Shown here piece by piece: positions 1 to 9,040 of a DNA stretch of 64,000 nucleotides (the first letter of the stretch is position 1; every line of letters begins with the position of its first letter). The stretch comes from Nanobdellota archaeon (GTDB lineage: Archaea; Nanobdellota; Nanobdellia; Pacearchaeales; JAHJTO01). The translations under genes and the position numbers were made by a program. Below the pieces are notes generated by a model. The model saw only the letters and a list, made by a program, of their open reading frames with translations, did no database searches and was not told the origin of the DNA. The stretch covers positions 79,788 to 143,787 of the forward strand of contig JBHPFA010000001.1 in the NCBI GenBank assembly GCA_042572295.1, given 5' to 3'.

Positions 1-888
1 AATCCCTTTTTGACAGAAAACCACTTTTGCTCCGGATTGTTTTATTTTTCTAACCATCTCTTTTAAGGTTCTTTCTTCATTATCTAAGAAAGCTTGGAAT
101 TGTTGTGGAGAATTAATAGAAATCTTAGTATCTGTCTCAGGAGACTTGATTTCAAGAGCAGCATCAATTAAAGCTATTGTTGCGTCTTGAACAAAATGAG
201 GCATGTCAGGGTGTACTCTTTCTTTATCTAAAACTATCCCTCCAATCAGTTCTGTGTCTTCCACACCACCGCCTTTTTGTTTTTCTATTTTAATGTCACT
301 CATATTAACTATAACCTTTCCTTTCCTGTCTGTAGTCATGACTTGTCTTACAGACTTAACAATCAAATCTGCAAAGATTTCTTTTGCATTTTCTGCAGAC
401 TTGCCAGTCATAGCAGTCATTGAGATGTCTTTGATTATTTGATCATCTTTTACCTGGATGTTTCTTGATAACTTGTCCAATATTTCTAAAGACTTCTCAG
501 CAGCAAGCTTGTAACCTTTGATGATTGCTGTGGGATGTATCTTTTGATCTAGTAATTTCTCTGCATTTTCTAATAGCTTTCCAGCTAATATAACTGAAGT
601 TGTTGTTCCGTCTCCAACGGCTTCTTCTTGTGTTTTGGAGACTTCTACTATCATTTTAGCTGCTGGATGTTCAATATCCATTTCAGAAAGAATTGTGACT
701 CCATCATTTGTTATTATGATGTCACCCATTTGATTAACAAGCATTTTGTCCATGCCTTTAGGACCTAAAGTCGTTTTTACAGTGTCAGCAACCATTCGAG
801 CTGCTAGAATATTATTTCTTTGAGCATCCTTGCCCATCATTCTTTGGACGTTTTCAGGTAGGATGTAGATTGGTTGTTTTTCGCTCAT
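1..888 (-). CDS. ths: Thermosome / group II chaperonin subunit (first ~296 codons; rest lies beyond window start)
   Basis: Reverse-strand translation from ATG (888-886) reads [51 protein letters not shown]...[16 protein letters not shown]. It carries the GDGTTT nucleotide-binding motif of the Cpn60/TCP-1 family. The frame stays open to position 1, so it is absent from the ORF track. Confidence 0.9.
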   Translation of the reverse strand, partial: MSEKQPIYILPENVQRMMGKDAQRNNILAARMVADTVKTTLGPKGMDKMLVNQMGDIIITNDGVTILSEMDIEHPAAKMIVEVSKTQEEAVGDGTTTSVILAGKLLENAEKLLDQKIHPTAIIKGYKLAAEKSLEILDKLSRNIQVKDDQIIKDISMTAMTGKSAENAKEIFADLIVKSVRQVMTTDRKGKVIVNMSDIKIEKQKGGGVEDTELIGGIVLDKERVHPDMPHFVQDATIALIDAALEIKSPETDTKISINSPQQFQAFLDNEERTLKEMVRKIKQSGAKVVFCQKGI

Positions 889-1043
889 TTTAGTCCTAAT
901 TATATATTATATATGGCCAAATAACCGTTTAAATGTTTATTGGTAATATAACATAGGCTTGGAGAGGGCTTAATTAATAGTTCGAAGGGGCTACAGAAGA
1001 TTTATAAATAAAAGTTATTTAAAAAGAACAAGAAAAGAGGACG

Positions 1044-2786
1044 ATGAAAAAATTATTATTTACAATCTTTACAGCACTGTTTCTTGTGCTTTTGATTACA
1101 AACGCTTTTGCATTCCCCTTCTTTACAACATCTTCCAGTGCTACAAATGAATTTGGCTCTGCATTCGTGTTTGATGTGAATGCAACTGGATTTAATGAGA
1201 CTGATTTAACTGGAGATGTAAATATAAGCAAATATACTCTAAACGACACTACTAACTTTACTATTAATTCCACTACAGGAATTATGACTAATGCGAGCAC
1301 ATTAGCATTGGGGAGTTATGTCTTGAATATATCTGTAAATGACACAAGCAATAACCTAAATTATACGATATTTACTATAACTGTTTCAGACACAACAGTT
1401 CCTTTATTCACAACTCTTCCTACAGATCAAACAATAAATAACACTGCAGCTTTTGGATTGAATGCTGGTGGAACAGACTTAACAACAGTAGGTTATTCTG
1501 TAAATGATACTACTAATTTTGCAATAAATACTAGTGGATATGTAGTAAATAACACTTTATTGAGTGTTGGAGAATATAACTTCAATATTTCAATAAATGA
1601 TACAAGTGGAAATGTAAATTCTTCTGTAATAAAGGTGGTTGTTAATTTAATACAATCAAGTGAAGTTCTAGTAGATAATGCTACAACTATTGATTTGACA
1701 AGTGCAAGTGCAAATTTAACTTTGGTTTTAGCAAACAACACAAATTCAACTGTTACTGCTGCATTAAGATCAATCAATGCTTCAGGAACAACTGCAAACC
1801 TAACTGTCTTGAAAGGAATCAACTTAACAGTTGATTCTACAACTTCAGGAAACTTGACTTGGGCATTGATTAAGATATATTACACTGCTGCACAATTAAC
1901 TACAGCTGATATAAATGAAAGTAGTTTATTGATTTATTATTATAATAACACTGCAAGTGATTGGCAATTAGAAGGAACACAAGGAATTGATGAAGCAAAT
2001 AATTATGTTTGGGCAAATGTAACTCACTTTAGCTTATTCGGAGCTTTTGGAACTGCTCCTAATACAACAGTGGTTGCTGATACATCCTCAAGTTCGTCAG
2101 ATACTCCAAGTGATGGCACTCCTACTCCAAGTTATACATACAGCAAGAAATTTGATAGTATTGACAAAAATGAAGAAGTAAGTTTAGTGCCTACATCCAC
2201 TGTATTGAAGGAAACAAGAGTATTGAGAGTTAGGTTTACTCCAAATACCAACCTTAAAGATATTAGAGTGGGTGTAAAGAATGTTAATGAAGCTGATCTT
2301 GAAGAGAAATTAGACCTTGTAGCTAATTATTTTGAAATAACTAAGCAAAATCTGTTTGATTCAGATCTTAAGGAAACAAAGGTTGAATTTGAGGTAGATA
2401 AAGACTGGCTTGAAGAAAATGACTTTGAGAAAGAAGATGTTGTATTAATGAAATTAGATGGAGATGTTTGGAAGGAAATTGAGACTACTTACTTATCTTC
2501 AACAACAGACACTTTCAAATTTGTTGGAATTTCTGATGGATTCAGCTTTTATGGAATAAGTGCAAGAAAAGAAGTTGCAGATGTCGCTGAAGGTGAAGGA
2601 ACTGAAGATGAAGAGACAACTACTGGAAAAAAGAAAGGCTTGAGCAAGTGGATAACTGTTCCATTGTGGACTTTAGGAATAATCGGGCTTTTAGTTGGGA
2701 TGTACTTTATTCTCTTGAAACAAGGAATAATAGGTGCATGGCACACTTGGAAATGGCCATTTAAAAAATTCTGGAAATTTAAGTAG
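1044..2786 (+). CDS. Secreted, heavily N-glycosylatable cell-surface protein with C-terminal membrane anchor
   Basis: N-terminal signal-like helix (LLFTIFTALFLVLLITNAFA). Dozens of N-x-S/T sequons and a Ser/Thr/Pro linker (SSSSSDTPSDGTPTPS). C-terminal TM helix (VPLWTLGIIGLLVGMYFILL) followed by a basic tail. Confidence 0.65.
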   Translation: MKKLLFTIFTALFLVLLITNAFAFPFFTTSSSATNEFGSAFVFDVNATGFNETDLTGDVNISKYTLNDTTNFTINSTTGIMTNASTLALGSYVLNISVNDTSNNLNYTIFTITVSDTTVPLFTTLPTDQTINNTAAFGLNAGGTDLTTVGYSVNDTTNFAINTSGYVVNNTLLSVGEYNFNISINDTSGNVNSSVIKVVVNLIQSSEVLVDNATTIDLTSASANLTLVLANNTNSTVTAALRSINASGTTANLTVLKGINLTVDSTTSGNLTWALIKIYYTAAQLTTADINESSLLIYYYNNTASDWQLEGTQGIDEANNYVWANVTHFSLFGAFGTAPNTTVVADTSSSSSDTPSDGTPTPSYTYSKKFDSIDKNEEVSLVPTSTVLKETRVLRVRFTPNTNLKDIRVGVKNVNEADLEEKLDLVANYFEITKQNLFDSDLKETKVEFEVDKDWLEENDFEKEDVVLMKLDGDVWKEIETTYLSSTTDTFKFVGISDGFSFYGISARKEVADVAEGEGTEDEETTTGKKKGLSKWITVPLWTLGIIGLLVGMYFILLKQGIIGAWHTWKWPFKKFWKFK

Positions 2787-2825
2787 TAACACAACAAATA
2801 AAAAGGAAAAAACCTTACTTTTTCT

Positions 2826-3410
2826 ATGAAAATTGGAATTAAAACTGGTGATATCATGACCAGGACTTTTGTTTCAGTATCTCCCAATGTTTCTGTAGCA
2901 GTATGTTCTAAAGAAATGCTTTCTAAGAAAGTAGGTTCACTCATTGTCAAAGAGGGCCAGAAATTACTAGGGATTCTTACTGAAGGAGATGTAATCAAAG
3001 CAATTGCTATGAAAAACGAACTCAGTAAGATAAAGGCTAGAGAAATAATGACTAAAAAAGTCGTTACAGTAAGTCCAAATGAAGACCTTTATGGGGCCTT
3101 GAAGAAAATGAAAGTTAAGAAAGTGAGATGGCTTCCAGTTACTGTAAAAGGAAGAGTTATTGGACTTATCACTGTCAAAGATATAATTGTTTTAGAGCCT
3201 AGATTGTTTGATATTGTTGCTGAATTTACACCAATCAGAGAAGAAGCTAAGAAAATCAAAACGATACAAGCAAGAAGAAGCAAAAAAGCTCTACAGATGG
3301 GAGAGGTCTGGATAAGAGAAGGTGCTTGTCAAGAATGTGGTGCTTATGGAGTCCTATATCAAAGAGATGGTGCTTTGATTTGTGAAGATTGTAAAGATAA
3401 TCTTGAATAA
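2826..3410 (+). CDS. CBS-domain pair protein with C-terminal CxxC..CxxC zinc ribbon
   Basis: Two CBS-like units (GDIMTRTFVSVSP..., EIMTKKVVTVSP...). C-terminus is CQECGAYGVLYQRDGALICEDC. Paralog of 7052..7624. Confidence 0.75.
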   Translation: MKIGIKTGDIMTRTFVSVSPNVSVAVCSKEMLSKKVGSLIVKEGQKLLGILTEGDVIKAIAMKNELSKIKAREIMTKKVVTVSPNEDLYGALKKMKVKKVRWLPVTVKGRVIGLITVKDIIVLEPRLFDIVAEFTPIREEAKKIKTIQARRSKKALQMGEVWIREGACQECGAYGVLYQRDGALICEDCKDNLE

Positions 3411-3411
3411 A

Positions 3412-4701
3412 TTAAAGTCCTAAGTTTTCTTTAAGTATTTCATACCAATTCTTTTTGGGCATCTTAAGAAGATTTCCTTTAATGTATAATTTAGATAATA
3501 TCTCTGCCATCTCTTTTGCAGGTGCTAATCCATAATCTTCACCCAGAGTTTTTAATTGAGATTCAATTGCAGTCATTATATTTCCAGGATCTTCTCCTTT
3601 AAGTTCATATTCAGTTAATAGATTTGCATTTGCACATACTGCTCCTACATAAAAAGACTTAGTTAATAACTGAAAATCAATATTTGATTTGGGTGTATGG
3701 AATTGTAAACTTATAGCTCTACTTCTTGAAGCATAATTACGATTTATTAAGGTTTCAATCTCATTTTTTGGATTTTCCATTTTTAGGTATACATCAGGAT
3801 GTCCAAATAATGCACCAAGAGTAAGTCCACGAGATCCATAACAAATGTTCCCATTATCAAAAAGATGTAAGTTATTGTTGTGCCAAGGATAGGCATCTGC
3901 CTGTATCAGAGTTTCTAAATCACTTGCTAAAGTTACATTAACTAAAAAGTTAAGATTTCCTTTAAGATCTTCTCTCATAGTCTTATCAACATAACTTAAC
4001 CCAAGATCTACTAATTTTGAAAACCCTTTAGTATAATCACTGATATATTCTCCATTTGCATTTATTTTGTGTTCCAGTCTTTTAATCTCACTTAATACTG
4101 GATAATTCTTTTCTTTTCTTTTCATAATAGGCTCAAGTAACAAAGGAACTCTATCAAACAATAAAGCATATTGATCTAAAGAAGGTAATAAATGCTCAGC
4201 AGTACAGTTTTCTTCTTCTCTAAGCTCTTCTAAAGCTTCATCAAGAGGGATTCTACCACTAAATTTAGTAAGTGAAAGATTATTTCTTTTTAATTCATCA
4301 CTGTTTATGGCCATTGGCTTCAAAAATAGGGGGATTTTTCTTCTGGATTCTGGGACCAATTCTGCAGTATGTAAATGATTTTTTATCCTCTCGAATTCCT
4401 CATTAAATATCTCATAAAGCGCAAGACCAATTCTCCTATTTAGGTAGACATTCCTGTCACTAAAAGGTTTTTTCTTTTTTATAACATAAGAAGAGTCTGA
4501 CCAAGTTCTATCTACATAGATATCTGTGGATAATTTAACTGCAAGTTCATTTTTCCTATAACGTCTTGTTATTTCTGCTTCTCCATTGATCTTTAATTTA
4601 ATCGGCTGATCAAATTCTTTTCCCAGATTTGTTATTAGAACACTCTTTAAATCTTCTTTTAGATAACCTAATTGTTTATAGACTTTTGAGGAGTCTGCCA
4701 T
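3412..4701 (-). CDS. Divergent protein-kinase-like (APH/CotS-type) fold protein, possibly catalytically altered
   Basis: Paralogous to 4703..5848 in the region IQADAYPWHNNNLHLFDNGNICYGSRGLTLGALFGHP. This resembles the APH catalytic loop HxDxxxxN plus a D-x-G metal loop, but the His is replaced by Ala. Separated by 1 nt from the upstream gene. Confidence 0.4.
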   Translation of the reverse strand: MADSSKVYKQLGYLKEDLKSVLITNLGKEFDQPIKLKINGEAEITRRYRKNELAVKLSTDIYVDRTWSDSSYVIKKKKPFSDRNVYLNRRIGLALYEIFNEEFERIKNHLHTAELVPESRRKIPLFLKPMAINSDELKRNNLSLTKFSGRIPLDEALEELREEENCTAEHLLPSLDQYALLFDRVPLLLEPIMKRKEKNYPVLSEIKRLEHKINANGEYISDYTKGFSKLVDLGLSYVDKTMREDLKGNLNFLVNVTLASDLETLIQADAYPWHNNNLHLFDNGNICYGSRGLTLGALFGHPDVYLKMENPKNEIETLINRNYASRSRAISLQFHTPKSNIDFQLLTKSFYVGAVCANANLLTEYELKGEDPGNIMTAIESQLKTLGEDYGLAPAKEMAEILSKLYIKGNLLKMPKKNWYEILKENLGL

Positions 4702-4702
4702 T

Positions 4703-5848
4703 TTAGATTTTCCATCCCAATCTCAAAAATGAACTCTCAAGATCTCTTGCACCTTGATCTTTTTCTTTAAGTATAGAAACTTGTTCTAAAGCTGCTTTTC
4801 TGAATTTCCTCTTGTCTTGTTTATTGAAATCCTTAGCAGGCAGAAGCCTAACATTACCATATATCGCACCTACATAAATAGCCTTGTCTATTGTTTCTGG
4901 ATCTAATTTAAGCTCTAAAGAATAGTTTTTTGCTATTTCTCCTATACAATACTCCACATTTTCTCTTCTATTTGCATTTATTGGAGGTTTTGATAAACCA
5001 AATAATCTATTATAGATTCTAGGATTCCCATATAAACAGCCTAATTGAATTGCTGGAGAACCAATCTTTAAGTCTCCTGCATCAACTAATCTTCTTCCTA
5101 AATGATTCCAAGGATAGCTGTCATGTTGAATTAAACACATCAAATCAGGATTAGTTAGGTATTTTTCTGTTAAATATCTAAAAGAATTACCTACTTCTTC
5201 TTTAATTGATTCTGAAGCATTTTTTGGACAAGCATATCTAACAAATTTTTCTACATATTCATCAGTTGTTAGTTTTTCTAGTTTTTCTATTGGTTCTTCT
5301 CCCTTTAGATATAATTTGGAATTTTCCTTGAGCCTTTCTTCAATTTTTTTCACCTCAGGAGAATCTTCTTTTAGCCTGTTTAATGGTTTAAATGGTCTTA
5401 ATAATTCTATTTGTTCATCTTCAAAAGGAATAATTACATCTTCATCATATCTCCCATAAACTGTTTGGAATCTAGGAACTTCAAAGACCATTAAGTGATA
5501 ATCATTTTTTACCTTATGGCCCACAAGATTTACAAAAATATCCTTTAAAGGAGTGGGATCTTCTAATGCAGACAACTCAACAATTAAATCTTCAGCATTT
5601 TCTGGAGAAATTATCTTTGGAACATATCTATGCTTTCCAGATGAACCCTCATCATCACCTTCAATAGCTGTATAATAATCTATAATTGATCTAGTACCAC
5701 TTTTCCAATCTGGAATCCTTGTTCTAATCTTTGGAGAAAAATTGCCTTGTTTAGCTTCTGCTTCAGAAATTATTTTGAAAATGTCATCACCGAAGCTAGA
5801 TATAATTTCTTTTCTTTTTCTTTCTTCTTTGTTTTTTGGGCCAGTCAT
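4703..5848 (-). CDS. Divergent protein-kinase-like (APH/CotS-type) fold protein
   Basis: Motif LIQHDSYPWNHLGRRLVDAGDLKIGSPAIQLGCLYG matches the aminoglycoside/choline-kinase pattern H-x-D-x4-N ... D-x-G. Confidence 0.4.
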   Translation of the reverse strand: MTGPKNKEERKRKEIISSFGDDIFKIISEAEAKQGNFSPKIRTRIPDWKSGTRSIIDYYTAIEGDDEGSSGKHRYVPKIISPENAEDLIVELSALEDPTPLKDIFVNLVGHKVKNDYHLMVFEVPRFQTVYGRYDEDVIIPFEDEQIELLRPFKPLNRLKEDSPEVKKIEERLKENSKLYLKGEEPIEKLEKLTTDEYVEKFVRYACPKNASESIKEEVGNSFRYLTEKYLTNPDLMCLIQHDSYPWNHLGRRLVDAGDLKIGSPAIQLGCLYGNPRIYNRLFGLSKPPINANRRENVEYCIGEIAKNYSLELKLDPETIDKAIYVGAIYGNVRLLPAKDFNKQDKRKFRKAALEQVSILKEKDQGARDLESSFLRLGWKI

Positions 5849-5875
5849 TTTTGTGATCTAGAGTTTTTACCTAGT

Positions 5876-6856
5876 TTAGAGATAATATCCAATCACCCTT
5901 GAAATGTTGTGGATTGAGCCTGTAAGAGACTTCAATTTTTCAACCACACTTTCAGTTCCTTTTTTTATGTTATTCGATTTAGAAAAGAATAATTTTTCGT
6001 ATTGATCCATTCTTTCTTTCTTTCTAGTTGCAAGTTTACGTGCACTAATCAGATCCTTGTTATAATATGAATTAATCATATCCACATAGCTTTTTTCTAA
6101 GTCGTTCAAAGCAAGAGATAATTCTTTCTGATTTAATACCCCATTATTATGAAGAATCTTTGCTAATCTTTTCAATTCATCACCTATTTGTTCTAAATGC
6201 AGAACTACCCACTGAATATCTGAAAGCTTTCTTGAATCTAACTTAAATTTAGATAAGATTCTTGGATCTTCTTGGCATTTTCTAATGAGCTTCCAGCTTA
6301 AGAAATAGAATTTATTGATTCCCTGGTCTATAGAGTAAATTTCCTTTAATGTCCAGTCCTTTATTTTTCCAGAATTCACTCCTTCCCCGATTTCTTCAAA
6401 AATTGCACGAATCATGTTATCCAGACGTCTTATTGTTTTTTCTAAAGAAATTGCTTCTAAGTCTAAAATGTCTTTAATGATGATTTTTTCATTGTTTTGG
6501 TCTGAAATTTCAAGTCCAATCTTATCTTGTACTGCTTTTGTAATAGCATTTGATCTTTGATTTAAGTTTTTTCCAGTAATATTTATCTCAGAATAGTTAT
6601 TTATGTAAACAGAAGTCAATTCTCTTTCAATACTATTAATGTCTTTTCCCCCAATATCGATATCAATAGTTTTAGTCTCTTTTGATTTGTCTGCCTTTGT
6701 TTTTATGATCAATTCATTATTAGGAGTTTCTTCAACAAAGAGTAAATCTCCCTTCTTTAGCTTGTTTTTAGATATCCAAGGTTTCGGAATTGCGATTATA
6801 TAAGAAGAATTTCCGAAACGGATTAATTTTCTCTGTTCTGGGTTTGAATTTGTCAT
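5876..6856 (-). CDS. AbrB/SpoVT-domain + PhoU-domain regulator (archaeal PhoU-like)
   Basis: N-terminus RKLIRFGNSSYIIAIPKPWISKNKLKKGDLLFVEE is a swapped-hairpin AbrB/SpoVT domain. The remainder is helical, with PhoU-like repeats (RRLDNMIRAIFEE..., IGDELKRLAKIL). Confidence 0.65.
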   Translation of the reverse strand: MTNSNPEQRKLIRFGNSSYIIAIPKPWISKNKLKKGDLLFVEETPNNELIIKTKADKSKETKTIDIDIGGKDINSIERELTSVYINNYSEINITGKNLNQRSNAITKAVQDKIGLEISDQNNEKIIIKDILDLEAISLEKTIRRLDNMIRAIFEEIGEGVNSGKIKDWTLKEIYSIDQGINKFYFLSWKLIRKCQEDPRILSKFKLDSRKLSDIQWVVLHLEQIGDELKRLAKILHNNGVLNQKELSLALNDLEKSYVDMINSYYNKDLISARKLATRKKERMDQYEKLFFSKSNNIKKGTESVVEKLKSLTGSIHNISRVIGYYL

Positions 6857-7051
6857 TTTTAAAGGTTGGGGCCATTATTTAGACATCTTCTTACTTTATC
6901 GTCGCTGTTTCTGTCACTACTTTATTGGTATATACTTTCTGTCACTAGTTTTTCTAGGTATATGTTGTATATATTCTATATGGGATTGTTATTTATATAG
7001 CTTTCCCTTTCCCTATTTCATAATAAGAAAAGGAATTAAGGCTAAGGGAAT

Positions 7052-7624
7052 ATGAAAATCGGTATTAAAGTTGGAGATGTAATGACTAGACAGCTTATAG
7101 CTGTCACGCCTAGTGAGAAAGTTATTGACTGTGCTAAAATGATGGTCGGCAAAGATGTCGGTATCATCATTGTTAAGAAAAGCAACAAGTTGATGGGCGT
7201 TCTTACTGAGAAAGACGTTATCTGGGCATTGACAAAGAAAGGAGACTTGAGAAATGTGAAAGCAGGTGATATAATGTTGAGGAAAATCAACACTATAAGG
7301 CCTTCACGAGACATATACGAAGCTTTGGTGCGTATGAAGAAACAGAACACCAAGTGGTTGCCAATAACAGTGAATGGTAGAGTCATTGGTATATTGACTA
7401 TCAATGATATCTTGAGGATTGAACCCGGGCTTTTTGAGTTGGTTCGTGGAAACATGAACATAAGAGAGGCTGAAAACAAGTTCAAGATGAGAGATTCTGC
7501 TATTTCTGGAGAAGAATCTTGGCGAGAAGGAGAATGTGAATCTTGTGGAGAGTTTGACTTGCTTCGCGGAATCGATGGTGAGATGATGTGCGAAGGTTGT
7601 CGTGACAATATCCAAACAACATAG
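7052..7624 (+). CDS. CBS-domain pair protein with C-terminal zinc ribbon (paralog of 2826..3410)
   Basis: MKIGIKVGDVMTRQLIAVTP aligns with MKIGIKTGDIMTRTFVSVSP. C-terminus is CESCGEFDLLRGIDGEMMCEGC. Confidence 0.75.
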   Translation: MKIGIKVGDVMTRQLIAVTPSEKVIDCAKMMVGKDVGIIIVKKSNKLMGVLTEKDVIWALTKKGDLRNVKAGDIMLRKINTIRPSRDIYEALVRMKKQNTKWLPITVNGRVIGILTINDILRIEPGLFELVRGNMNIREAENKFKMRDSAISGEESWREGECESCGEFDLLRGIDGEMMCEGCRDNIQTT

Positions 7625-7632
7625 GAGGAAAA

Positions 7633-7767
7633 ATGAAAAGACAACAATTTTTGGCTGAATTCGTGAATGGAGAATGCCCAGAATGTGGCATGATCGGTCC
7701 ACTGATTTCAGTAGGATACAAAAACCTTTGCGAATCTTGTGAGCGTGACTTTAAAGCACTAGACTGA
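7633..7767 (+). CDS. 44-aa stand-alone zinc-ribbon protein
   Basis: Not in ORF track. ATG at 7633 preceded by AGGAGG (7623-7628). Translation is MKRQQFLAEFVNGECPECGMIGPLISVGYKNLCESCERDFKALD. Its CxxC..CxxC resembles the C-terminal module of the preceding CBS protein. Confidence 0.55.
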   Translation: MKRQQFLAEFVNGECPECGMIGPLISVGYKNLCESCERDFKALD

Positions 7768-7907
7768 ATATCTCCCTTAAAATAGGGAATTTGGTTGTAT
7801 TTTTAGAGAGTTAGCTCTATCTTATTCTTAAGTAACTTTAAATACTATAACTGTACGATAAAACAAGAGGTGGTAGCACCTCAGATGCTTATTCTGAGAG
7901 AGATAAA

Positions 7908-8156
7908 ATGGGAAAAACAGATGTAATCTATGGGGAAACAAAGAATCCTTATGTAAAGACAGTCACTCATGTGATAATCCAAACTGATACTAAACCAGCA
8001 TATGTTTGGCAAGCAATTCGTGCCGGGACATTTAATCCAGAGGAATATGTCAAGGAACAATTTCCAAGAGTGTCCGAAGATATGTTGTTATTACCAATTA
8101 AACAAGCAAAGAAACTCTTTAATTTTAAGAAAGGGAAGCTTGAAGATTGTGTATAA
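7908..8156 (+). CDS. Hypothetical protein
   Basis: 82-aa ORF. The start context GAGATAAAATGGGA recurs at the next gene. Confidence 0.45.
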   Translation: MGKTDVIYGETKNPYVKTVTHVIIQTDTKPAYVWQAIRAGTFNPEEYVKEQFPRVSEDMLLLPIKQAKKLFNFKKGKLEDCV

Positions 8157-8167
8157 GGGGAGATAAA

Positions 8168-8449
8168 ATGGGAAGACTTGAACAACTATTGAAAGCAAAA
8201 GAGTCTTTTGATAAGAAGTTTATTGAATTTCGTAATAATATAATGGCTATTCATTTCAGAAAGGATGGAGGAAAACCTTCTCCTGGTGGTGCAAAATTAT
8301 ACACAGTTTTTGGCGGCAATTCTTATCTAATAACTTTAGATCAATTTGCAAGAGGAAACTATGGATGGGGAGCAGCGGCTGGATTATTTACTGTTAGTTG
8401 TGTTTTTGGTGCTTATTCATGTATTAAAGGAAAAGCACCTGATTTTTGA
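8168..8449 (+). CDS. Hypothetical protein with C-terminal hydrophobic segment
   Basis: Start moved to the ATG at 8168 (MGRLEQLL), which has the same GAGATAAAATGGGA context as 7908. C-terminal WGAAAGLFTVSCVFGAYSCI is TM-like. Confidence 0.45.
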   Translation: MGRLEQLLKAKESFDKKFIEFRNNIMAIHFRKDGGKPSPGGAKLYTVFGGNSYLITLDQFARGNYGWGAAAGLFTVSCVFGAYSCIKGKAPDF

Positions 8450-8501
8450 AGTGATTCACAACATATTTAAATGAGTTTTTACTGTAATATCTAATAAAAA
8501 G

Positions 8502-9002
8502 ATGGCTGAAAAAGATAAAATTTTTGAAGAGAAATTAGTTCATGACGGAATTTTTGATTTAAAGAATACCTATAATTTTCTATATACCCTTCTTACTGAT
8601 GATGAATTTAGTATGGAAGAGAACTCATATAAGGAAAAGAATGCAGGTACATCAAAAGAAATTGAGATTGCATGGACTGCAAAAAAGAAAATAAGTGATT
8701 ATTTTAGGTTCTTAGTTAAGATTAGCTGGAGAGTTCTTGGGATGCAGACTGTTGAAGTGACTAAAGATGGGCAGAAAGTTAAGATGAATAAAGGACTTTT
8801 AGAGATCAAGATTGCTGGTTTCTTAGAAAGAGACTATGAAAACAAATGGGAATCTTCTGCTTTGTATAAATTCTTAAGAGGAGTATATGATCAATTTGTA
8901 GTTGCTAAGACAATTAAAGGTTATGAAGGCAAGTTGGGTGAAGAAATGAGTGCAGCTATAAATCAATTAAAATCATTCTTGGTTTTAGAAGCTAAGCGTT
9001 AA
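8502..9002 (+). CDS. Hypothetical protein
   Basis: 166-aa ORF with a TATA-like ATTTAAAT about 30 nt upstream. No recognisable motif. Confidence 0.55.
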   Translation: MAEKDKIFEEKLVHDGIFDLKNTYNFLYTLLTDDEFSMEENSYKEKNAGTSKEIEIAWTAKKKISDYFRFLVKISWRVLGMQTVEVTKDGQKVKMNKGLLEIKIAGFLERDYENKWESSALYKFLRGVYDQFVVAKTIKGYEGKLGEEMSAAINQLKSFLVLEAKR

Positions 9003-9040
9003 GTTTAAATATCTGATTTTGAATGTTCTATTATAATAAG

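Noticed and set aside
203-442. 79-aa plus-strand ORF
   Set aside because: It lies entirely antisense to the clearly coding thermosome gene (1..888, -). Its Ser/Leu/Ile-rich composition is typical of shadow frames.
7042-7721. Three minus-strand ORFs (7042..7647, 7304..7702, 7500..7721)
   Set aside because: They are antisense to or overlap the CBS/Zn-ribbon gene and the 44-aa Zn-ribbon ORF, both of which have paralog support. They carry no motifs.
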